A stretch of 64,000 nucleotides of DNA from positions 124,001 through 188,000 of IMG/VR virus record IMGVR_UViG_3300028864_000016; one strand, 5' to 3'. The notes below the pieces were generated by a model. It worked only from the letters and a program-made list of their open reading frames with translations. It was not told the origin of the DNA and did not search any database. The first letter of the stretch is position 1. Each line of letters starts with the position of its first letter. Positions 19,737 through 30,734 of this stretch are shown here, piece after piece. Position numbers and translations under genes: made by a program.

Positions 19737-22700
19737 TTAAAGTTCATCTAATACTTCCTCCATGTTTGGTATAACCGAATAATTAGTTATATGCCACTCG
19801 ATTTTATTTTCATCAACTTCAAATAATGGTTTTACATTACCCTTTTTATCAGTCTTTTCTCCAACTTTTTTCCACCCAAACTTCTTTTCCATAGAATGAA
19901 TATAAATTACATCATTAACATTTAATTCACCATCATTATTCCACAACTTCTTATTAATTTTACATTTACATGTAGCCCCATTATTTAAGCAGTATGTATT
20001 TACTATAGGAGTATATTTAGTATTAATATCTGTAATTAAAGCATATCTTTTTTCGATTTTTCCATTTTTATAATCTATATAACCTAAGATTTCATTTTGA
20101 AAAGCAAGTTTTTCTTTAAAACTGATATCTGTATTAGGTATATTGACTACTTGATCTACTAATAACTTATAAGTATCCACTTCTTTAAATACTTTCTCCG
20201 TTTCTTTATTTGCATACTTTCTAATTAAATTTATATTTTCATCGCTTAATTTGCTTTTACTAAACTGTTTTTTACTATATAACTTATTATATAAATTAAC
20301 TATAGTTAATAACTTTTGTGATTTGCCAAAACAATCAAAATAATCTAATTTAATAAGTATTTCTAATTGACGTGAGTTACAAGATGTATTTTCTTTAATA
20401 TCTAATAATAAATCTAAAAAACTATTATATTTATTATTTTGAGATAATTCATATACTTCATCTGCCACCTTATTATTAAGATTTTTAATTGAGCCTACTC
20501 CTTTATATATACTATTTGTTTCCTTTGACATAAAATAACTAGCTTTTGCATAACCAAACTTAGGTGATGATATACTTATTCCCTTACTATTAGCATATTT
20601 AATTATACTAATAGTCTTCTCTTCTTTATCTTTGTTAATATTTAATGCTGTAGTTATAAATTCTAATGGATGATAATATCTTAGGTATCCAGCGATATAT
20701 CCAATATATGTATATGGTACAGCATGATTTTCACTAAAAAGATAATCCGATGCATCAGTTATTACCTGTATAAAGCTTACAATTAATTTCTTAGATTCTT
20801 CTTCATCTACATTATATTTTTCTTTCATAGTTTTAACGAAACCACTTGTAATTTTAGGAATAAACTTTTCTGTACCTGTTTTTTTTGCAAATCCACGCCT
20901 TACAATATCAGCCTCACCCATTGTATACCCACAAAATTCATGTAAGAAATTCATAATTTGCTCCTGATAAACCAAGTACCCCATTGTTGGGGCTAGAAAT
21001 TTGTTCAATGCTTCATGTCCATTATCTCTAAATTCACCATTAGATAATGCATTACGATAACTTGCACCAGCTGGTCTAATAGCACCATTTCCCATTGAAA
21101 CTAAATCCACATATCTAAAATTTGGATTAACTTGTTTAATTTTATTTAATGTTTTTTCACTTAATAGTGTTTTTATAAAAGCACCTGCACTATCTGATTC
21201 CCATTGAAATATCAAAGTATTATCTTTAGCCATTGATTGCCACACATCTTCTTCATCTGGTGTGTTTTCAGGAGTTAATCTTTCTATATTAGATAATTCG
21301 CAAGTTTCATTTATTATTTGAACATTATCTAACCCTAATAAATCTAACTTAACAAAATTTTGTGTATCTATTGATTTCATGCTTATCATTGATACAGGAT
21401 GTGAACAAGTTGATATACTACATAATCCCATAGAACTATCTAAAGGTATAGGGCTACAAATTTGCCCACATGGGTGTGTTCCTATAGAAACTATAGTTCC
21501 ATTGATTATATCAACATATTCAAACACTATTGGATATTCTTTTCTCATTTTAATTTCATCAGTTTCTATATTTTCACATATATAATTTGAAATTTTTAAA
21601 TAATCGTCCATGTACTCATGAACTTTTTTACTAGTACTATCTGTTAAAGTTCCATAACCTTCTACATCAATATCCATTTCTTTTTTTAATTCTTTAGGTA
21701 AATCTTTTTTATATAAAGCTCTACATACATCTCTAATACTACCCTTTAGAGCAACTGTGTTAAATGTTATTATATCAGCACAATATAAATCTTCTTTGCT
21801 ATATATATAATTTTTAACTAATTCTCTATGGTTTGGAGACCAGTCAGTATCAATATCTGCTAAACTTACTCTTTCAGTATTCATAAATCTTTCAAAATTC
21901 ATTTTATGTTTAATCGAATCTATTTCTGTTATCCCAATTAGATAAGCTATTTCACTTCCAGAACACGAACCTCTTGAATATCCAGCGAAAATGTTATTAC
22001 TCCTAGCCCATGTTTTAATATTTTCATCTAATAGCAAAAAGTCTACTGCTCCATTATGTATGTATGTTTCTAATTCATGTTCTATTCTTGGAATATATTC
22101 TGTTTTGTAGTTAGATAATTTATTTACTCCCTTTTCAACTATTCCCTCATTGATTTTTTGTTTTAATACATCTAAAGAATTATCATATAATTTAGGATAC
22201 TTGTATGACTTATCAACTTTAAATTCTTTAACTCTATCATACAATCTATTAGTATTTTCTAAGGCTTCATAAATTTCTTCTTCTGATAATATATTTTGCT
22301 TTTTGAATAATTCAACCAATTCATTGTATGATTTTAATGTTAAATCCCAACCATCTTCATTATCAAAAAAAATACCTTTTGATTTTTGTAATATTTCTCT
22401 ACCTTTTGCGTGTTTGTCATTTAATGCATGAGTATCAGTAGCTACAAGTAATGGAATATTATATTTTTTATGTAATTCACAAAGATATTTATTATAAGAA
22501 ATTTGGTCTTTTACTAAGTGGTGCTGAATCTCTAAATAACATCTGTTTGAGTTGTCAATTAAAAATTCAATAAATTTATCTTTTAATTCATCATTTCCTT
22601 TGCTTAATATTCCACCCAAACATGCTGTACTAATTAATATTTTACTACTTGTACTTATTAACTCTTCAAAGGTTATTCTTGGAGTATAATAAAAATGTCC

Positions 22701-23060
22701 ATCTTCTCTATTAAAAGCTTTTGAAACTAAGCTATTTAATTCTTCAAATGATTCATAATCAGTAGCATATAAACAAACATGATAATTATCTCTTATTTTT
22801 TCATCTAGAGATTCTGTAACATATGTTTCTATAGAATGAACATATTTAAAACCATTATCTTCACATTCACATTTCTTTTTATACCATTCAAACGTTGAAC
22901 CATGTTCTGTAAAACAAATTCCTTGTATTCCTAATGATTTATCACTTTTAATTTGTTTTATGTAATCTGAATATTTTGTTACTGAATCTATGTTTGTTAC
23001 ACCATTACTATACATTGTGTGACAGTGTGTTAATGTATATGTATTACTCATTTTATTCAC
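19737..23060 (-). CDS. dnaE: DNA polymerase III alpha subunit (C family, PHP domain)
   Basis: THCHTMYS PHP, FTEHG, RGSCSGS, LADIDTDW, GTHPCG, KLDLLGL, YLVYQEQ, FSENHA. Confidence 0.97.
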   Translation of the reverse strand: MNKMSNTYTLTHCHTMYSNGVTNIDSVTKYSDYIKQIKSDKSLGIQGICFTEHGSTFEWYKKKCECEDNGFKYVHSIETYVTESLDEKIRDNYHVCLYATDYESFEELNSLVSKAFNREDGHFYYTPRITFEELISTSSKILISTACLGGILSKGNDELKDKFIEFLIDNSNRCYLEIQHHLVKDQISYNKYLCELHKKYNIPLLVATDTHALNDKHAKGREILQKSKGIFFDNEDGWDLTLKSYNELVELFKKQNILSEEEIYEALENTNRLYDRVKEFKVDKSYKYPKLYDNSLDVLKQKINEGIVEKGVNKLSNYKTEYIPRIEHELETYIHNGAVDFLLLDENIKTWARSNNIFAGYSRGSCSGSEIAYLIGITEIDSIKHKMNFERFMNTERVSLADIDTDWSPNHRELVKNYIYSKEDLYCADIITFNTVALKGSIRDVCRALYKKDLPKELKKEMDIDVEGYGTLTDSTSKKVHEYMDDYLKISNYICENIETDEIKMRKEYPIVFEYVDIINGTIVSIGTHPCGQICSPIPLDSSMGLCSISTCSHPVSMISMKSIDTQNFVKLDLLGLDNVQIINETCELSNIERLTPENTPDEEDVWQSMAKDNTLIFQWESDSAGAFIKTLLSEKTLNKIKQVNPNFRYVDLVSMGNGAIRPAGASYRNALSNGEFRDNGHEALNKFLAPTMGYLVYQEQIMNFLHEFCGYTMGEADIVRRGFAKKTGTEKFIPKITSGFVKTMKEKYNVDEEESKKLIVSFIQVITDASDYLFSENHAVPYTYIGYIAGYLRYYHPLEFITTALNINKDKEEKTISIIKYANSKGISISSPKFGYAKASYFMSKETNSIYKGVGSIKNLNNKVADEVYELSQNNKYNSFLDLLLDIKENTSCNSRQLEILIKLDYFDCFGKSQKLLTIVNLYNKLYSKKQFSKSKLSDENINLIRKYANKETEKVFKEVDTYKLLVDQVVNIPNTDISFKEKLAFQNEILGYIDYKNGKIEKRYALITDINTKYTPIVNTYCLNNGATCKCKINKKLWNNDGELNVNDVIYIHSMEKKFGWKKVGEKTDKKGNVKPLFEVDENKIEWHITNYSVIPNMEEVLDEL

Positions 23061-23070
23061 CTCTTATTAT

Positions 23071-24711
23071 TTATTTTATTATCTCAAAATCAACAATTTC
23101 AATCTGACCTGTATTATTATATGTATCCATAGTGCATTTGCCTATGATATTTGCTTTTAATGACTCATTTAACAATTGTTCTTTTAATGCATTTGTTGGG
23201 AACTTTTTATTGAATTTAATTCCATTTACAAAAAACACTATTCTTGTTCTTTTAATATCACTTTCAACTATGTTTAATTCTACATTTTCAAAAGCTATTA
23301 AAGGGGCATCTATCTTATTTCCAAACTCATTTTCTAATAATGCTAACTCATTTACTATGTATTCATCTATTTCTGATTCATCTAATATAAAATCTACTAG
23401 ATACTCTTTACTATCTACAACTTCTTTATCTTTATATAAAACATTTAAATATTCTTTTAATTTGTTTAAATTATCTTTTTTTAATTGATAACCACCCGCT
23501 TGAGCATGACCTTGTGAGAATATAACTAAATTACTATTAAGAATATCTAATCTTGTATCAGTTGAAATACTATCTATTCCTCTAAAACTTCCTCCAATAA
23601 TATCCTTTTCTCCATCAACATTTCTATATAACAATGTAGGGAGTTTGTATTTATCTTCAATTTTTTGTGCTACTAATCCAGTATGTGATTGATTTAATGT
23701 CTTTCCTACATCTAATATAATACACTTATCTTCTTCAGCAATATTAATTTTAGGTTCTATCTTTTTCAAAGCTGATTTAACTGCATTGTCCTGTTTAGCT
23801 TTAACATTTTTACACATCTTCGCTACTTCTAAACAAAAATCATAATCGTCTGATACAAAAGCTTGATACATTTTCATTTTCTCTTCTTGTGTTCCACTTC
23901 TAATTGTTCCATTTAATTTAGGAGCTATTACCCATCCGATTTTATCGATATTATATTTACCTTCTAAGTCATATTCATTTACTTCCATTAATGCTTTGAT
24001 AAATAGGTTATTTATTTCTTTAGTACCTTCATATACGAAATATCTAGTTTCTAACTCATGCAAGTCCATCATATCAGCAACATTACCTAATGCAACTAAA
24101 TCTTTATATTTACTTGACTTATCTTCAAATAGATAATCATCTAAAGCTTTTATAAATTTATAAGCAACTCCAGCCCCAGCTAGATTCTTATTTGCCACAT
24201 TTTTAGATAATTGATTATTTATTACTATTGCATCTTTACTATATCCACCATCTGAGTGATGATGATCTATAATAAGTACATCTATTCCTCTGTATTTCAA
24301 TTCCTTATGTTGTTTGTAATCATTGCTCGATGCGTCCGTTAATACTACAAGATTAACATTGTCTTCAATAATAATATCTTCTGATAAACCATGTTGTTTG
24401 TTCGTATGTATTTTTAATTCTATATCAGCATTAGGAAATGATTCTTTTATTCTGTTGAAAAATATAGCAAAGCTTGTCATTCCATCAACATCACAATCCC
24501 CTATTGTTACTATTTTGCTATTATTATTTAAATGTTTTAATAGTAACTCAATTCCTTCTTGCATATTATCATAATTATTATAATCTTCTATAACTAACTT
24601 ATCTAAATTAAATAAGTCCTTAGTTATACCCCTATTTTCTAAAACTGTTTCTACAGGTGTAAAAGTGTAATTATTACCTATTAATTTATATTTCATATAA
24701 TCATCCCTCAT
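23071..24711 (-). CDS. recJ: RecJ-like ssDNA exonuclease (DHH)
   Basis: GDCDVDG, IIDHH, ALGNVAD, APKLNG, GHAQAGG. Confidence 0.93.
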   Translation of the reverse strand: MRDDYMKYKLIGNNYTFTPVETVLENRGITKDLFNLDKLVIEDYNNYDNMQEGIELLLKHLNNNSKIVTIGDCDVDGMTSFAIFFNRIKESFPNADIELKIHTNKQHGLSEDIIIEDNVNLVVLTDASSNDYKQHKELKYRGIDVLIIDHHHSDGGYSKDAIVINNQLSKNVANKNLAGAGVAYKFIKALDDYLFEDKSSKYKDLVALGNVADMMDLHELETRYFVYEGTKEINNLFIKALMEVNEYDLEGKYNIDKIGWVIAPKLNGTIRSGTQEEKMKMYQAFVSDDYDFCLEVAKMCKNVKAKQDNAVKSALKKIEPKINIAEEDKCIILDVGKTLNQSHTGLVAQKIEDKYKLPTLLYRNVDGEKDIIGGSFRGIDSISTDTRLDILNSNLVIFSQGHAQAGGYQLKKDNLNKLKEYLNVLYKDKEVVDSKEYLVDFILDESEIDEYIVNELALLENEFGNKIDAPLIAFENVELNIVESDIKRTRIVFFVNGIKFNKKFPTNALKEQLLNESLKANIIGKCTMDTYNNTGQIEIVDFEIIK

Positions 24712-25741
24712 ATTTAAATTTACAATTATTATATAATTGCATAAAAACTTCTTTTCCTTTATCGCTTGGGCTTTGTTTTTTCTCTAATAAATCCAAGTTA
24801 TCATATATATAATAAACATTGCATAACCCTTTAAATTTCTTACATTCTATAAATATTTCTTCTAAAGTAATATCCTTATCAAAAGTTAGCACTATGTCTT
24901 TTCCTAATTTAAGTAATTTATTTAATTGTATTGGGCTAATACTATGTTTGCTAACTGCTAAACAATTATTAATTTCCATACTGTCTAATTGCATAACAAA
25001 CTTTTCAGCTTCTCCAACGAAAACTTCATCAGCAGATAATATATCAAAGTAATTCTCATACAATCCATATAAATAATACTCGCCATGATATGGATAATAG
25101 TAATAGTATTTTGGTATACCTCTAATTTTGAAATTTTCTTCTAATGTTCTACCTTTAAATGTTAACAGTTTTCCATCATCGTTTCTAATAGGGAAAACAA
25201 CTCTATTATCTAATATATCATAAGATACTCCAAACTTATTTTGAGTTAATTCGTTTATTCCATCATCTGAAAATAATTTACATTCATTTCTTATAAATCT
25301 TTCAATAAAGGTTTCGTTTAATATTGATTCTTCATAGTATAAATTTGATTGTTTTTTACTTATACTTCTTTTAAATTGTTTTAAGAAGTCATAACTAGAA
25401 CTTCTTTCTTGTTTTGTATCTATCCCATCGTATTTTAAGTTGCATATTTTACATACATAACTTATTGCTTGATTAAATTTACATCCTTGTAGGTACTCTA
25501 TTAGTGAAAATATATCTTTATATTCCTGTTTATTGTATTCATTATTTGTATGTATTACAGAAGATAATGATTTATTTAATTTAACTTGAAGGCTTGTAGG
25601 ATTATCACCATCTGGAGGTCTAGTTGATTGAACTCTTTTGTTAGGAATTGTTTTTATTCTATTACATCCTAAATCTTCAAGTATTTTTTCTATTTGAGTT
25701 GGATTATCTCTTAAAAATTCTTTAATTTCGTCCTTATTCAA
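24701..25741 (-). CDS. Phage DNA primase (TOPRIM)
   Basis: VVFPIRNDDGKLLTFKGR, VGEAEKFVM, LTFDKD; sits between helicase and recJ. Confidence 0.88.
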   Translation of the reverse strand: MNKDEIKEFLRDNPTQIEKILEDLGCNRIKTIPNKRVQSTRPPDGDNPTSLQVKLNKSLSSVIHTNNEYNKQEYKDIFSLIEYLQGCKFNQAISYVCKICNLKYDGIDTKQERSSSYDFLKQFKRSISKKQSNLYYEESILNETFIERFIRNECKLFSDDGINELTQNKFGVSYDILDNRVVFPIRNDDGKLLTFKGRTLEENFKIRGIPKYYYYYPYHGEYYLYGLYENYFDILSADEVFVGEAEKFVMQLDSMEINNCLAVSKHSISPIQLNKLLKLGKDIVLTFDKDITLEEIFIECKKFKGLCNVYYIYDNLDLLEKKQSPSDKGKEVFMQLYNNCKFKYEG

Positions 25742-25757
25742 TCAACTTTACTCCTTT

Positions 25758-27140
25758 CTAATATGGTACTGAATCTCCCGAAAACGGAATTTTAGCTTGT
25801 TCTACTCTACATTGATCCCCATATAACATTAAATTTAAATATTGGTCATCCTCCATAATAGCTCCATTTCTACTAAATCCAACTCTTAATTTTAGATTTC
25901 CAGCATCTTTACCGTCGGCAACAAATTCTTCTTTTGTTTTTCTCATTACATATGATAGAGTAGAACAGTTTCTTTCAATCTTAGAACTATCTGCAACTTT
26001 CATTCCTGTTCTATCTGATTGACAAGCACCTAATACTGCTAAATCTAAAGAACCTGCAATATCATTTTTAAGCCAATCTGTAAGCCTACCTAGTTTTTGA
26101 TATTCTTTATCTCCATCAGAACCATCATTAGCTTTTACATAGTCATATACTAAAAATTCAATACCATGTTTTAGTTTTAAACTTTTAATATTCATAAACA
26201 TCTCTGCTATTTCTGTAACTGGCTTATATATATGTGTATATGGCAATGTCTTAATAAATGCTAATTTTTCTTTAACCAATTGTTCTTCTTTTAATGATAA
26301 TTCTCCTGTCTTAACCCTTCTATTTTCTATGCCTGTTAAATACGAAACTAATCTTATCATATGATTTTCGGTAGACATTTCTCTGTCTATGTATAAAGAT
26401 GGAACACCATTAATTGCTAAATTCCATGCCTCATTTGATAATATTTGAGACTTTGCTGTTTTAGCAGGTGCTGATATCATATTCAATTCTGTTTTTTCAT
26501 ATGTTGCATAATTATTAAGTGCTTCAAATTTACTTGGAAATCCAAAGAATCCACTTCCTCTTTTAGAAACAATATTCTCCCATATCTTATCTACCTGTTC
26601 CCCTAGTGTTAATACTTCTTTATTACATATATATATTTGAGAAAAATCTGCAACTTCTTGTTGTAATTTAAAATTAGTAACATTAATATCTTCTTTACTT
26701 TCTATAATATCATTTGATAACATATGTAATTTAATATAACTATCTCTTTTAAAGGATGCAGTTATTACCTTGTTAGTTAACATTTCATATTCTTCAATTG
26801 TAGAACGAGCAATCATTTTTAAATCTTCTAAATAATCTGGTATGCTATGTATATTACTTTTTTCTTCAAAAGACTGTTTATGATATTTACTATTTTCTAT
26901 CTCATTTAATAATAAAAACGTATCTATTTCTATTATACCTTTTGCATATAAAGTGCTTATTATATAGTAAATGCAACCTAATTCTCTATTATAAAACATA
27001 TCTGGTTTAATATAGTCGGATTTTAATATATATTCGGGGTGAACTAATATTGAACCTATTAACCCAGTCTCAGCAATAGTATCTTTAGGTAGTTCTATTT
27101 TATGCTTTTCTTCAAAGTTTTTTACGTCTTTTGCTTTCAA
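25758..27140 (-). CDS. DnaB-like replicative helicase
   Basis: ETGLIGSILVHP N-domain, APAKTAKS Walker A, YIDREMS, VYDYVK, ACQSDR, DSSKIER. Confidence 0.9.
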   Translation of the reverse strand: MKAKDVKNFEEKHKIELPKDTIAETGLIGSILVHPEYILKSDYIKPDMFYNRELGCIYYIISTLYAKGIIEIDTFLLLNEIENSKYHKQSFEEKSNIHSIPDYLEDLKMIARSTIEEYEMLTNKVITASFKRDSYIKLHMLSNDIIESKEDINVTNFKLQQEVADFSQIYICNKEVLTLGEQVDKIWENIVSKRGSGFFGFPSKFEALNNYATYEKTELNMISAPAKTAKSQILSNEAWNLAINGVPSLYIDREMSTENHMIRLVSYLTGIENRRVKTGELSLKEEQLVKEKLAFIKTLPYTHIYKPVTEIAEMFMNIKSLKLKHGIEFLVYDYVKANDGSDGDKEYQKLGRLTDWLKNDIAGSLDLAVLGACQSDRTGMKVADSSKIERNCSTLSYVMRKTKEEFVADGKDAGNLKLRVGFSRNGAIMEDDQYLNLMLYGDQCRVEQAKIPFSGDSVPY

Positions 27141-27154
27141 TTCCTATTCACCAC

Positions 27155-27601
27155 CTATATTAAATCTGTCCATTTTTTTGTTGTAGGTTTATAACTAAAT
27201 TTAATTTCATTTATATTTAATTTATCATCTAAATCTTTTTTTACTTCTTTATACTTTATTGATATCTCTTTATTTTTAAATTCTGTTTTTAGTCTTCCTT
27301 CATTACAATAACTTGCTAATCCAAAAGGATTATTTATAGACTTATTATTTTTATGTATATAATTTAATACAAATAAAACATATCTTGCTGGATTATTCTT
27401 TTCATGAATTAATTGTTTAATTACTTTTCTTAGAATTTGCAAAGTGCAAGATGGCATATTGTTTAAATAATATTCTTCTATTTGTTGTTTTATTGTTTTT
27501 TCTTCTAAACAATCTTTATGATAATAACAATTTCCTTCTTTTACCGCTTCTTCTTTTGATACTTCATTATCATGTTTACAATAACTATATCTGCATTTCA
27601 A
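27155..27601 (-). CDS. Conserved-position replication accessory protein (zinc finger; possible helicase loader)
   Basis: CRYSYC..HKDC; position matches SPbeta yorH. Confidence 0.55.
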   Translation of the reverse strand: MKCRYSYCKHDNEVSKEEAVKEGNCYYHKDCLEEKTIKQQIEEYYLNNMPSCTLQILRKVIKQLIHEKNNPARYVLFVLNYIHKNNKSINNPFGLASYCNEGRLKTEFKNKEISIKYKEVKKDLDDKLNINEIKFSYKPTTKKWTDLI

Positions 27602-27624
27602 TTTTAAAATCCTCCTTTACAAGG

Positions 27625-27647
27625 AAAGCCCACATTAAGTGAGCTTT
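27625..27647 (-). terminator. Hairpin downstream of the AAA ATPase gene
   Basis: AAAGCTCAC-TTAAT-GTGGGCTTT on the minus strand. Confidence 0.55.
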
Positions 27648-27655
27648 TAAATTTA

Positions 27656-28660
27656 TTATAGTGATTCAAGTGCCAATAATACTTCCTCAGCTACTTTTTT
27701 ACTTGTTATACTATTAGGATTTGGATCATCTCCATTTTTACTCTTTACAGTAGTTGATACTTCTTGTCTCTTTCCACTATTAGCTAATTCTTTGCATTTT
27801 TCTAATATTTCTGATTTTAATTCATCTAATGTTTTTTCAGGAATTTTTGATTCTTCTTGAATTACTTCTTTTTCTTTGATGTCATCAACTTTAGCTTTTT
27901 CAATTTTTTTGCTAGGTTTAGGTTTAACATCTTCATTTAGCCCTTCGTTAGCCCATCTAATAATTCTCTTTCCATGGTCTTCTGTTAATTTAACAGCATT
28001 ATCATTTTCGAATATATGAGTATTATCCTTCATAGGTTCGGCAGTATTTGTTTTTTGGTCTATCATAAATGTTGCAGTAAATTCGTATTCAAAACCTTCC
28101 CTTTGTTTTGCTCCAACACCTACTTTTTCTACTTTTGTATTCTTTCCACCTTTACCACTATCTTCTTGAGTCATTACATATTGGTCTTTCCCTCTCATTG
28201 TGCAAATCATATGTACTTCACTTGTAGCTATTTTTTGAATAAACTTTTCATGTCTAGGAGTTACTTTACCCCAATCTTGATACTTACCACCTAACTTAGA
28301 TTGTATCTCAAGACATCCTCCTTTACCTTCCCATTCTGCTGATGATGAATCTACAATTACTATATCGTAACCTTCATCCATAGCATAATCAATTGCATCA
28401 ATAAACAATTCAGGTTCATAATTAGGTTCAAGGTCAATTATGTCATAATTAAATTCATTAGCGTAATATCTTCCTCTTTTACCTTCTGTATTAAGCAATA
28501 TTATTCTTGCTTTTTTACCTGTTCTTATTTCAATTTCTTCTGCCATACCAGTTGCTAATCTTAAAGAACTATAAGTTTTTCCTCCACCTGATGGTGCCAT
28601 TAAAGCTATCTTTGCATATATATTTTCTCTCTTTGCTTGGTTTATAACGAATTTTGCCAT
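27656..28660 (-). CDS. AAA_24/Sak4-like ATPase (ssDNA annealing or replication accessory)
   Basis: APSGGGKTYSS Walker A, LNTE, IVDSSSAEWEGKGG, CTMRGK, QREGFEYEF. Confidence 0.88.
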   Translation of the reverse strand: MAKFVINQAKRENIYAKIALMAPSGGGKTYSSLRLATGMAEEIEIRTGKKARIILLNTEGKRGRYYANEFNYDIIDLEPNYEPELFIDAIDYAMDEGYDIVIVDSSSAEWEGKGGCLEIQSKLGGKYQDWGKVTPRHEKFIQKIATSEVHMICTMRGKDQYVMTQEDSGKGGKNTKVEKVGVGAKQREGFEYEFTATFMIDQKTNTAEPMKDNTHIFENDNAVKLTEDHGKRIIRWANEGLNEDVKPKPSKKIEKAKVDDIKEKEVIQEESKIPEKTLDELKSEILEKCKELANSGKRQEVSTTVKSKNGDDPNPNSITSKKVAEEVLLALESL

Positions 28661-28751
28661 TATTAATCAATCTCCTTTAAATTTAAATTATTTTATTGTA
28701 CATCCCAAATTAGGGATTTTATCTTTTGTGTAATATTTATGTTAATTTATT

Positions 28752-29576
28752 TTAATAAGGCATATCTTCTTCAACTATATCTTTTTTATCACTAACATCT
28801 GTATTCTTTTTAAATTCAGCTAAGGCTAAAGCTTCAGTAATATCATTTCTGTCATATTTTTCTCTAGTTGTTTTTGCTGGGTCTACATCTACTATTTCAA
28901 TAAATTCATCATATCCAGTAATATTTTTACCACCACTTTTAATTACTTTTCCTTTAAGTGTTTTTCTTTCAGTTACTTCACCTTTATCTTCATATATAGG
29001 ATTTCTAACAACTCTCATTGTTATTTTCATCAAATCTCCTAATTTAACATTTTCTATAAAATAATCTTTAACATCTGCATCGTTTAGTTTTGCTTCTAAT
29101 TCAACCATAGCACCTTTATAATTAGCCACTCCAAGTTTAACTGTTGAACCTTCAGGTTTTTCACTTACGACTACACTTTGAACTAATTCATTAACTTCTG
29201 TAAATTCAGGTGAATCAAAATCAATTACATCACTTTTTTTATAAATATCTCCTATAAGGTAATCTATTTTCTTTCTATATGTATTTACATCTACTCTACA
29301 ATTAATATAAACACTTTCACCATCTTTAAAATTTGCTTTTATTTTATCAAGTGCATCTTGTTCATTTAATTCTTCTACTTCTCCATTTGGATCAATTTTT
29401 ACTTTTGTATTTAATGTTGAGTTTTTCCAATCACCAACTTGTACAAATAACGAATTGTCTTTGGCTGTTTGTAGTCCAAATGATAAGCTTCTTTTTGAAT
29501 CATTTGTGTAAGGTTCTTTGTTGCTTAATCCCCAAATTTTTCCTTCTAATCTTAAATATCCTTTAGTTTGTTCCAT
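28752..29576 (-). CDS. Probable single-stranded DNA-binding protein
   Basis: Beta-rich body, acidic aromatic tail DIVEEDMPY, first gene of the replication operon. Confidence 0.6.
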   Translation of the reverse strand: MEQTKGYLRLEGKIWGLSNKEPYTNDSKRSLSFGLQTAKDNSLFVQVGDWKNSTLNTKVKIDPNGEVEELNEQDALDKIKANFKDGESVYINCRVDVNTYRKKIDYLIGDIYKKSDVIDFDSPEFTEVNELVQSVVVSEKPEGSTVKLGVANYKGAMVELEAKLNDADVKDYFIENVKLGDLMKITMRVVRNPIYEDKGEVTERKTLKGKVIKSGGKNITGYDEFIEIVDVDPAKTTREKYDRNDITEALALAEFKKNTDVSDKKDIVEEDMPY

Positions 29577-29692
29577 AATATTTCTCTCCTTCTGCGTTGG
29601 TCGCTACCCTTTATATTTTTGTTAATTTATTCATAATACGCATTTTAACTTCTCGAGTTAAACTTAATGCAATTTTATACTTTTTATTTTCT

Positions 29693-29730
29693 ATTAATTT
29701 GTTAAAGTCCACATAAAATTATTCTTTTAA
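29693..29730 (-). repeat. Copy of the dispersed intergenic element
   Basis: attaatttgttaaagtccacataaaattattcttttaa. Confidence 0.8.
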
Positions 29731-29739
29731 TTAAATTTG

Positions 29740-29804
29740 TGTATATTATGCAAAAATAATTGTATATTCAAACTGTTTTATTCACTAATATTGCATAATA
29801 TACA
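29740..29804. repeat. Perfect 14-bp inverted repeat with 37-nt spacer upstream of the replication operon
   Basis: tgtatattatgcaa (29740-29753) and ttgcataatataca (29791-29804). Confidence 0.85.
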
Positions 29805-30455
29805 TGGTTAATTATTTATAAAAGCATCTAATAACTTTTTCTTAAATTCATATTAAACTCTTGACCTATTAATATAATCATCTGCATTCGTTTCTACTGG
29901 AAATACTGATTGTACACCTTTTAGTAATTTAATTGCATTAATGATTTTTTCAGTGTACTCTTCACTAACATCTTTTTCAAAAACTACTGTTAATCCTTTT
30001 GAATCCATTATCTCACCTCATTTATGTATTAATCCCAATAACTAATTTCTGTTTTTATTACTTCAATTAAATCATCAATGGTTTCAATCTTTTCATCATA
30101 ATCAGCAAAAGCAAAGAACTCATCTACTAATAACGGATTTGATTCATTTTCATTTAATAATTTAATTAGTTGTAATAATTCTATTATCTTTGGTTGTTTT
30201 ACATCTGCTTGTTCAAATTTTGGCAATTTCATTGTAATTCACCACCTTTACTAATTATATTTAATTTTCACATTGTTCTGAAAATAATTTCATATTCCAT
30301 TTATCATTTATTGGCATATAAACTGTTTTAGGCTCTTCTGTTATTTTCATATTCTTTTTTATAAGATTGCTTTCTCCTGTGTTCTTATCAACAAGATATA
30401 AATCAAAACTACTTGTATCTATATTATTTCTAATCATTTTACTAACCTCTAATAT

Positions 30456-30734
30456 TTAAATTTCAATAGCTTTAAATTCATCATTATATAATCTAAATAT
30501 GAATTCCATCCATTTACAATCTTTAGTATCTTTATCTTTGTTATATACTTCCTTTAGTGATTCAATTGATAATTTCCTATCATCCGATGACATAAATTTC
30601 ATTGCTAGAACAAATCCGCTTGCAAAACCTATACGATTATAATTTGCTAAATCTTTTTGATATGCCGACTCTTGATTAATTTCATTAAATATTTTACTAC
30701 TTTCTTTTTGTTTATAAAAATCTTCGATATCCAT
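30456..30734 (-). CDS. Hypothetical protein
   Basis: 92-aa ORF with RBS. Confidence 0.55.
   Translation of the reverse strand: MDIEDFYKQKESSKIFNEINQESAYQKDLANYNRIGFASGFVLAMKFMSSDDRKLSIESLKEVYNKDKDTKDCKWMEFIFRLYNDEFKAIEI

Noticed and set aside
2469-27140. Inteins or group I introns in nrdD, dnaE, recJ or helicase
   Set aside because: ORFs are continuous, of normal length, with no splicing motifs; the nearby nucleases are free-standing
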